Source: the human T2T-CHM13v2.0 reference genome, Homo sapiens. Taken from it: a DNA stretch of 64,000 nt. Both the position numbers and the translations under genes were made by a program. The stretch is taken from assembly GCF_009914755.1 (NCBI RefSeq), contig NC_060937.1; one strand, given 5' to 3'. The notes under the pieces were generated by a model. The model saw only the letters and a program-made list of their open reading frames with translations, was not told where the DNA came from and searched no databases. Below are positions 54,601 through 64,000 of this stretch, one piece after another; within the stretch, counting starts at the first letter, position 1, and every line of letters begins with the position of its first letter.

Positions 54601-57600
54601 ACACACATCACAAACTTGTTTCTCAGAATCCTTCTGTCTCGTTTTTATGGGAAGATATTTACTTTTTCACCGTAGGCATCAAAGCGCTCCAAATGTCCAC
54701 ATCCAGATACTCCAGAAAGAGTGTTTCAAACCTGCTCTATGAAAGGGAATCTTCAACTCTATGAGTTGAATGCAGACATCAGAAAGAAATTTCTGAGAAT
54801 GCTGCTGTCTACCTTTTATTTGAATTCCCGCTTCCAACGAAATCCTCCAAGCTATCCAAATATCCACTTGCAGATTCCACAAAAAGAGTGTTTCAAAACT
54901 GCTCTCTATCAATGGCAAAGTTCAACTCTGTTAGTTGAGGACACATATCACCAACAAGTTTCTGAGAATGCTTCTGTCTATTTTTTATGGGAAGATATTT
55001 CCTTTTTCACCGTAGGCGTCAAGGCGATCGAAATGTCCACTTCCACAAACTACAAAAAGAGTGTTTCAAACCTGCTCTATGAAAGGCCATGTTCATCTCT
55101 ATGAGTCGAATGGAAATATCCGAAAGAAATTTCTGGGAATGCTGCTGTCTAGTTTTTATACGAATTCCCGCTTCCAACGAAATCCTCAAAGCAATCCAAA
55201 TATCCACTTGCAGAATCCACAAAAAGAGTGTTTCAAAACTGCTCTATCAATAGAAAGGTTCAACTCTTTTAGTTGAGTACACACATCACAAACAAGTTTC
55301 TGAGAATGCTTCTGTCTGGCTTTTATTGGAAGACGTTTCCTTTTCACCAAAGGCATCAAAGCGCTCCAAATGTCCACTTCCAGATTCTTCCAAAAGAGTG
55401 TTTGAAACGTGCTCAAAGTAAGGGAATGTTCAACTCTGTGACTTGAATGCAGATATCACCAAGTAGTTTCTAATAGTGCTTCTGTCTAGATTTTAGATGA
55501 TGATATTCCCGTTTCCAACGAAATCGTTAGAGCTATCCAAATATCCACTTACAGTTGCTACAAAAACAGTGTTTCCAAACTGCTGCATCAAAAGAAAGGT
55601 TCAACTCTGTTAGTTGAGGACACACATCACAAAGAAGTTTGTGAGAATGCTTCTGTCTAGATTTTGTATGACGATATTCCCTTTTCCAACGATATCGTTA
55701 AAGCAATCTAAATATCCATTTGCAGAATCCACAAAAATAGAGTTTCAAAGCTGCTCTGTAAAAAGAAAGGTTCCACTCTGTTAGCTGAGTACACACATCA
55801 CAAACTTGTTTCTGAGAATCCTTCTGTCTCGTTTTTATGGGAAGATATTTACTTTTTCACCGTAGGCATCAAAGCGCTCCAAATGTCCACATCCAGATAC
55901 TCCAGAAAGAGTGTTTCAAACCTGCTCTATGAAAGGGAATCTTCAACTCTATGAGTTGAATGCAGACATCAGAAAGAAATTTCTGAGAATGCTGCTGTCT
56001 ACCTTTTATTTGAATTCCCGCTTCCAACGAAATCCTCCAAGCTATCCAAATATCCACTTGCAGATTCCACAAAAAGAGTGTTTCAAAACTGCTCTCTATC
56101 AATGGCAAAGTTCAACTCTGTTAGTTGAGGACACATATCACCAACAAGTTTCTGAGAATGCTTCTGTCTATTTTTTATGGGAAGATATTTCCTTTTTCAC
56201 CGTAGGCGTCAAGGCGATCGAAATGTCCACTTCCACAAACTACAAAAAGAGTGTTTCAAACCTGCTCTATGAAAGGCCATGTTCATCTCTATGAGTCGAA
56301 TGGAAATATCCGAAAGAAATTTCTGGGAATGCTGCTGTCTAGTTTTTATACGAATTCCCGCTTCCAACGAAATCCTCAAAGCAATCCAAATATCCACTTG
56401 CAGAATCCACAAAAAGAGTGTTTCAAAACTGCTCTATCAATAGAAAGGTTCAACTCTTTTAGTTGAGTACACACATCACAAACAAGTTTCTGAGAATGCT
56501 TCTGTCTGGCTTTTATTGGAAGACGTTTCCTTTTCACCAAAGGCATCAAAGCGCTCCAAATGTCCACTTCCAGATTCTTCCAAAAGAGTGTTTGAAACGT
56601 GCTCAAAGTAAGGGAATGTTCAACTCTGTGACTTGAATGCAGATATCACCAAGTAGTTTCTAATAGTGCTTCTGTCTAGATTTTAGATGATGATATTCCC
56701 GTTTCCAACGAAATCGTTAGAGCTATCCAAATATCCACTTAGTTTCTACAAAAAGAGTGTTTCCAAACTGCTGCATCAAAAGAAAGGTTCAACTCTGTTA
56801 GTTGAGGACACACATCACAAAGAAGTTTGTGAGAATGCTTCTGTCTAGATTTTGTATGACCATATTCCCTTTTCCAGCGATATCATTAAAGCAATCTAAA
56901 TATCCATTTGCAGAATCCACAAGAATAGAGTTTCAAAGCTGCTCTGTAAAAAGAAAGGTTCCACTCTGTTAGCTGAGTACACACATCACAAACTTGTTTC
57001 TGAGAATCCTTCTGTCTCGTTTTTATGGGAAGATATTTACTTTTTCACCGTAGGCATCAAAGCGCTCCAAATGTCCACATCCAGATACTCCAGAAAGAGT
57101 GTTTCAAACCTGCTCTATGAAAGGGAATCTTCAACTCTATGAGTTGAATGCAGACATCAGAAAGAAATTTCTGAGAATGCTGCTGTCTACCTTTTATTTG
57201 AATTCCCGCTTCCAACGAAATCCTCCAAGCTATCCAAATATCCACTTGCATTTTCCACAAAAAGAGTGCTTCAAAACTGCTCTATCAATAAATGTTCAAC
57301 TCCTTTAGCTGGGTGCACACATCACAAACAAGTTTCTGAGAATGCTTCTGTCTAGTTTTTATGGGAAGACATTCCCTTTTTCACCAAAGGCATCAAAGCG
57401 CTCCAAATGTCCACTTCCAGACACTACAAAAAGAGTGTTTCCAACGTGCTCTAAGAAAGCGAATGTTCAACTCTGTGACTTGAATGCAGATATCACAAAG
57501 TAGTTTCTGAGAGGGCTTCTGTCTAGATTTTAGATGATGATATTCCCGTTTCCAACGAAATCATTAGAGCTATCCAAATATCCACTTACGGTTTCTACAA

Positions 57601-60600
57601 AAAGAGTGTTTCCAAACTGCTGCATCAAAAGAGAGGTTCCACTCTGTTAGCTGAGTACACACATCACAAACTTGTTTCTGAGAATCCTTCTGTGTCGTTT
57701 TTATGGGAAGATATTTACTTTTTCACCGTAGGCATCAAAGCGCTCCAAATGTCCACATCCAGATACTCCAGAAAGAGTGTTTCAAACCTGCTCTATGAAA
57801 GGGAATCTTCAACTCTATGAGTTGAATGCAGACATCAGAAAGAAATTTCTGAGAATGCTGCTGTCTACCTTTTATTTGAATTCCCGCTTCCAACGAAATC
57901 CTCCAAGCTATCCAAATATCCACTTGCAGATTCCACAAAAAGAGTGTTTCAAAACTGCTCTCTATCAATGGCAAAGTTCAACTCTGTTAGTTGAGGACAC
58001 ATATCACCAACAAGTTTCTGAGAATGCTTCTGTCTATTTTTTATGGGAAGATATTTCCTTTTTCACCGTAGGCGTCAAGGCGATCGAAATGTCCACTTCC
58101 ACAAACTACAAAAAGAGTGTTTCAAACCTGCTCTATGAAAGGCCATGTTCATCTCTATGAGTCGAATGGAAATATCCGAAAGAAATTTCTGGGAATGCTG
58201 CTGTCTAGTTTTTATACGAATTCCCGCTTCCAACGAAATCCTCAAAGCAATCCAAATATCCACTTGCAGAATCCACAAAAAGAGTGTTTCAAAACTGCTC
58301 TATCAATAGAAAGGTTCAACTCTTTTAGTTGAGTACACACATCACAAACAAGTTTCTGAGAATGCTTCTGTCTGGCTTTTATTGGAAGACGTTTCCTTTT
58401 CACCAAAGGCATCAAAGCGCTCCAAATGTCCACTTCCAGATTCTTCCAAAAGAGTGTTTGAAACGTGCTCAAAGTAAGGGAATGTTCAACTCTGTGACTT
58501 GAATGCAGATATCACCAAGTAGTTTCTAATAGTGCTTCTGTCTAGATTTTAGATGATGATATTCCCGTTTCCAACGAAATCGTTAGAGCTATCCAAATAT
58601 CCACTTACAGTTGCTACAAAAACAGTGTTTCCAAACTGCTGCATCAAAAGAAAGGTTCAACTCTGTTAGTTGAGGACACACATCACAAAGAAGTTTGTGA
58701 GAATGCTTCTGTCTAGATTTTGTATGAAGATATTCCCTTTTCCAACGATATCGTTAAAGCAATCTAAATATCCATTTGCAGAATCCACAAAAATAGAGTT
58801 TCAAAGCTGCTCTGTAAAAAGAAAGGTTCCACTCTGTTAGCTGAGTACACACATCACAAACTTGTTTCTCAGAATCCTTCTGTCTCGTTTTTATGGGAAG
58901 ATATTTACTTTTTCACCGTAGGCATCAAAGCGCTCCAAATGTCCACATCCAGATACTCCAGAAAGAGTGTTTCAAACCTGCTCTATGAAAGGGAATCTTC
59001 AACTCTATGAGTTGAATGCAGACATCAGAAAGAAATTTCTGAGAATGCTGCTGTCTACCTTTTATTTGAATTCCCGCTTCCAACGAAATCCTCCAAGCTA
59101 TCCAAATATCCACTTGCAGATTCCACAAAAAGAGTGTTTCAAAACTGCTCTCTATCAATGGCAAAGTTCAACTCTGTTAGTTGAGGACACATATCACCAA
59201 CAAGTTTCTGAGAATGCTTCTGTCTATTTTTTATGGGAAGATATTTCCTTTTTCACCGTAGGCGTCAAGGCGATCGAAATGTCCACTTCCACAAACTACA
59301 AAAAGAGTGTTTCAAACCTGCTCTATGAAAGGCCATGTTCATCTCTATGAGTCGAATGGAAATATCCGAAAGAAATTTCTGGGAATGCTGCTGTCTAGTT
59401 TTTATACGAATTCCCGCTTCCAACGAAATCCTCAAAGCAATCCAAATATCCACTTGCAGAATCCACAAAAAGAGTGTTTCAAAACTGCTCTATCAATAGA
59501 AAGGTTCAACTCTTTTAGTTGAGTACACACATCACAAACAAGTTTCTGAGAATGCTTCTGTCTGGCTTTTATTGGAAGACGTTTCCTTTTCACCAAAGGC
59601 ATCAAAGCGCTCCAAATGTCCACTTCCAGATTCTTCCAAAAGAGTGTTTGAAACGTGCTCAAAGTAAGGGAATGTTCAACTCTGTGACTTGAATGCAGAT
59701 ATCACCAAGTAGTTTCTAATAGTGCTTCTGTCTAGATTTTAGATGATGATATTCCCGTTTCCAACGAAATCGTTAGAGCTATCCAAATATCCACTTACAG
59801 TTGCTACAAAAACAGTGTTTCCAAACTGCTGCATCAAAAGAAAGGTTCAACTCTGTTAGTTGAGGACACACATCACAAAGAAGTTTGTGAGAATGCTTCT
59901 GTCTAGATTTTGTATGACCATATTCCCTTTTCCAGCGATATCATTAAAGCAATCTAAATATCCATTTGCAGAATCCACAAAAATAGAGTTTCAAAGCTGC
60001 TCTGTAAAAAGAAAGGTTCCACTCTGTTAGCTGAGTACACACATCACAAACTTGTTTCTCAGAATCCTTCTGTCTCGTTTTTATGGGAAGATATTTACTT
60101 TTTCACCGTAGGCATCAAAGCGCTCCAAATGTCCACATCCAGATACTCCAGAAAGAGTGTTTCAAACCTGCTCTATGAAAGGGAATCTTCAACTCTATGA
60201 GTTGAATGCAGACATCAGAAAGAAATTTCTGAGAATGCTGCTGTCTACCTTTTATTTGAACTCCCGCTTCCAACGAAATCCTCCAAGCTATCCAAATATC
60301 CACTTGCATTTTCCACAAAAAGAGTGCTTCAAAACTGCTCTATCAATAAATGTTCAACTCCTTTAGCTGGGTGCACACATCACAAACAAGTTTCTGAGAA
60401 TGCTTCTGTCTAGTTTTTATGGGAAGACATTCCCTTTTTCACCAAAGGCATCAAAGCGCTCCAAATGTCCACTTCCAGACACTACAAAAAGAGTGTTTCC
60501 AACGTGCTCTAAGAAAGCGAATGTTCAACTCTGTGACTTGAATGCAGATATCACAAAGTAGTTTCTGAGAGGGCTTCTGTCTAGATTTTAGATGATGATA

Positions 60601-63600
60601 TTCCCGTTTCCAACGAAATCATTAGAGCTATCCAAATATCCACTTACGGTTTCTACAAAAAGAGTGTTTCCAAACTGCTGCATCAAAAGAGAGGTTCCAC
60701 TCTGTTAGCTGAGTACACACATCACAAACTTGTTTCTGAGAATCCTTCTGTGTCGTTTTTATGGGAAGATATTTACTTTTTCACCGTAGGCATCAAAGCG
60801 CTCCAAATGTCCACATCCAGATACTCCAGAAAGAGTGTTTCAAACCTGCTCTATGAAAGGGAATCTTCAACTCTATGAGTTGAATGCAGACATCAGAAAG
60901 AAATTTCTGAGAATGCTGCTGTCTACCTTTTATTTGAATTCCCGCTTCCAACGAAATCCTCCAAGCTATCCAAATATCCACTTGCAGATTCCACAAAAAG
61001 AGTGTTTCAAAACTGCTCTCTATCAATGGCAAAGTTCAACTCTGTTAGTTGAGGACACATATCACCAACAAGTTTCTGAGAATGCTTCTGTCTATTTTTT
61101 ATGGGAAGATATTTCCTTTTTCACCGTAGGCGTCAAGGCGATCGAAATGTCCACTTCCACAAACTACAAAAAGAGTGTTTCAAACTTGCTCTATGAAAGG
61201 CCATGTTCATTTCTATGAGTCGAATGGAAATATCCGAAAGAAATTTCTGGGAATGCTGCTGTCTAGTTTTTATACGAATTCCCGCTTCCAACGAAATCCT
61301 CAAAGCAATCCAAATATCCACTTGCAGAATCCACAAAAAGAGTGTTTCAAAACTGCTCTATCAATAGAAAGGTTCAACTCTTTTAGTTGAGTACACACAT
61401 CACAAACAAGTTTCTGAGAATGCTTCTGTCTGGCTTTTATTGGAAGACGTTTCCTTTTCACCAAAGGCATCAAAGCGCTCCAAATGTCCACTTCCAGATT
61501 CTTCCAAAAGAGTGTTTGAAACGTGCTCAAAGTAAGGGAATGTTCAACTCTGTGACTTGAATGCAGATATCACCAAGTAGTTTCTAATAGTGCTTCTGTC
61601 TAGATTTTAGATGATGATATTCCCGTTTCCAACGAAATCGTTAGAGCTATCCAAATATCCACTTACAGTTGCTACAAAAAGAGTGTTTCCAAACTGCTGC
61701 ATCAAAAGAAAGGTTCAACTCTGTTAGTTGAGGACACACATCACAAAGAAGTTTGTGAGAATGCTTCTGTCTAGATTTTGTATGACCATATTCCCTTTTC
61801 CAACGATATCGTTAAAGCAATCTAAATATCCATTTGCAGAATCCACAAAAATAGAGTTTCAAAGCTGCTCTGTAAAAAGAAAGGTTCCACTCTGTTAGCT
61901 GAGTACACACATCACAAACTTGTTTCTCAGAATCCTTCTGTCTCGTTTTTCTGGGAAGATATTTACTTTTTCACCGTAGGCATCAAAGCGCTCCAAATGT
62001 CCACATCCAGATACTCCAGAAAGAGTGTTTCAAACCTGCTCTATGAAAGGGAATCTTCAACTCTATGAGTTGAATGCAGACATCAGAAAGAAATTTCTGA
62101 GAATGCTGCTGTCTACCTTTTATTTGAATTCCCGCTTCCAACGAAATCCTCCAAGCTATCCAAATATCCACTTGCAGATTCCACAAAAAGAGTGTTTCAA
62201 AACTGCTCTCTATCAATGGCAAAGTTCAACTCTGTTAGTTGAGGACACATATCACCAACAAGTTTCTGAGAATGCTTCTGTCTATTTTTTATGGGAAGAT
62301 ATTTCCTTTTTCACCGTAGGCGTCAAGGCGATCGAAATGTCCACTTCCACAAACTACAAAAAGAGTGTTTCAAACCTGCTCTATGAAAGGCCATGTTCAT
62401 CTCTATGAGTCGAATGGAAATATCCGAAAGAAATTTCTGGGAATGCTGCTGTCTAGTTTTTATACGAATTCCCGCTTCCAACGAAATCCTCAAAGCAATC
62501 CAAATATCCACTTGCAGAATCCACAAAAAGAGTGTTTCAAAACTGCTCTATCAATAGAAAGGTTCAACTCTTTTAGTTGAGTACACACATCACAAACAAG
62601 TTTCTGAGAATGCTTCTGTCTGGCTTTTATTGGAAGACGTTTCCTTTTCACCAAAGGCATCAAAGCGCTCCAAATGTCCACTTCCAGATTCTTCCAAAAG
62701 AGTGTTTGAAACGTGCTCAAAGTAAGGGAATGTTCAACTCTGTGACTTGAATGCAGATATCACCAAGTAGTTTCTAATAGTGCTTCTGTCTAGATTTTAG
62801 ATGATGATATTCCCGTTTCCAACGAAATCGTTAGAGCTATCCAAATATCCCCTTACAGTTGCTACAAAAACAGTGTTTCCAAACTGCTGCATCAAAAGAA
62901 AGGTTCAACTCTGTTAGTTGAGGACACACATCACAAAGAAGTTTGTGAGAATGCTTCTGTCTAGATTTTGTATGACCATATTCCCTTTTCCAACGATATC
63001 GTTAAAGCAATCTAAATATCCATTTGCAGAATCCACAAAAATAGAGTTTCAAAGCTGCTCTGTAAAAAGAAAGGTTCCACTCTGTTAGCTGAGTACACAC
63101 ATCACAAACTTGTTTCTCAGAATCCTTCTGTCTCGTTTTTATGGGAAGATATTTACTTTTTCACCGTAGGCATCAAAGCGCTCCAAATGTCCACATCCAG
63201 ATACTCCAGAAAGAGTGTTTCAAACCTGCTCTATGAAAGGGAATCTTCAACTCTATGAGTTGAATGCAGACATCAGAAAGAAATTTCTCAGAATGCTGCT
63301 GTCTACCTTTTATTTGAATTCCCGCTTCCAACGAAATCCTCCAAGCTATCCAAATATCCACTTGCAGATTCCACAAAAAGAGTGTTTCAAAACTGCTCTC
63401 TATCAATGGCAAAGTTCAACTCTGTTAGTTGAGGACACATATCACCAACAAGTTTCTGAGAATGCTTCTGTCTATTTTTTATGGGAAGATATTTCCTTTT
63501 TCACCATAGGCGTCAAGGCGATCGAAATGTCCACTTCCACAAACTACAAAAAGAGTGTTTCAAACCTGCTCTATGAAAGGCCATGTTCATCTCTATGAGT

Positions 63601-64000
63601 CGAATGGAAATATCCGAAAGAAATTTCTGGGAATGCTGCTGTCTAGTTTTTATACGAATTCCCGCTTCCAACGAAATCCTCAAAGCAATCCAAATATCCA
63701 CTTGCAGAATCCACAAAAAGAGTGTTTCAAAACTGCTCTATCAATAGAAAGGTTCAACTCTTTTAGTTGAGTACACACATCACAAACAAGTTTCTGAGAA
63801 TGCTTCTGTCTGGCTTTTATTGGAAGACGTTTCCTTTTCACCAAAGGCATCAAAGCGCTCCAAATGTCCACTTCCAGATTCTTCCAAAAGAGTGTTTGAA
63901 ACGTGCTCAAAGTAAGGGAATGTTCAACTCTGTGACTTGAATGCAGATATCACCAAGTAGTTTCTAATAGTGCTTCTGTCTAGATTTTAGATGATGATAT

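Larger units (their letters stand above)
1..64000 (-). repeat. Centromeric alpha-satellite higher-order repeat array, SF2-type, probably the D13Z1/D21Z1 (S2C13/21H1L) family
   Basis: Tandem ~170-bp monomers run across the whole window, with alphoid motifs (CTGAGAATGCTTCTGTCT, GTTCAACTCTGT, AAAGAGTGTTTCAAA) and near-identical 1190/680-bp units. The reverse complement near 750-784 reads AATTCAAATAAAAGGTAGACAGCAGCATTCTCAG, matching my recollection of the alpha21-I 11-mer start. Alphoid identity is secure. The chromosome assignment is from memory; D8Z2 and D9Z4 also have 4/7/11-mers. Confidence 0.97.

Noticed and set aside
637-63910. Hundreds of 61-127 aa ORFs on both strands (e.g. MFQTCSMKG..., MPLIESSF...)
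   Set aside because: They are translations of satellite monomers. They recur with the HOR period, overlap on opposite strands, mostly start at non-ATG codons, are truncated at random by SNPs (stops near 881, 14097, 26408) and resemble no protein family I recognise.
1-64000. CRISPR-like regular spacing of a conserved 17-bp motif
   Set aside because: The motif is the CENP-B box, the intervening sequence is itself repeated rather than unique spacers, and there are no cas genes.
1-64000. Transposon (L1/Alu) insertion, inversion or non-alphoid island
   Set aside because: Every anchor-to-anchor distance is 1190, 1188, 680 or 678 bp and all CENP-B boxes seen have the same orientation, leaving no room for an insertion.
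1-64000. A previously undescribed biological system, or a code in the 7/4 ordering
   Set aside because: The ordering is explained by block duplication and unequal exchange. 4/7/11-mer variation is already known for SF2 arrays, and nothing in the sequence supports a new functional system.
1-64000. Claim that this is the active kinetochore site (CENP-A domain / centromere dip region)
   Set aside because: High homogeneity and intact CENP-B boxes indicate a live-type array, but kinetochore position is epigenetic and cannot be read from sequence.
1-64000. Assignment to D8Z2 or D9Z4, which also have 4/7/11-mer variants
   Set aside because: The monomer sequence matches my recollection of the chr13/21 alpha21-I HOR and the EcoRI 680-bp unit better. 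This is not formally excluded without an HMM or BLAST comparison.

Overview
The whole 64 kb window is one uninterrupted, single-orientation array of primate (almost certainly human) centromeric alpha-satellite DNA, made of ~170-bp monomers organised as higher-order repeats (HORs). I found no genes, transposon insertions or inversions, and every ORF in the track is a by-product of the repeat. Using the recurring ORF anchor (637, 1827, 3017...), the array resolves into 44 complete 7-monomer units (1190 bp; two are 1188 bp) and 15 4-monomer units (680 or 678 bp), plus partial 7-mers at both ends. A 7-mer plus a 4-mer gives an 11-mer of ~1870 bp with five intact CENP-B boxes. The sequence, the 11/7/4-mer structure and the EcoRI 340/680/850 pattern fit the SF2 D13Z1/D21Z1 (S2C13/21H1L, alpha21-I-like) live HOR as I recall it; the 7-mer excess suggests chr13, but this is not verified. 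I see no evidence of a new gene system. The informative signal is the array's history, readable from shared SNPs and indels: a ~14.6 kb duplication with one 7-mer lost, a younger ~3 kb local duplication that spread a CENP-B-box-inactivating mutation, a cryptic 2380-bp (14-mer) periodicity, two 4-mer lineages with recombinants, and a left-to-right haplotype shift.
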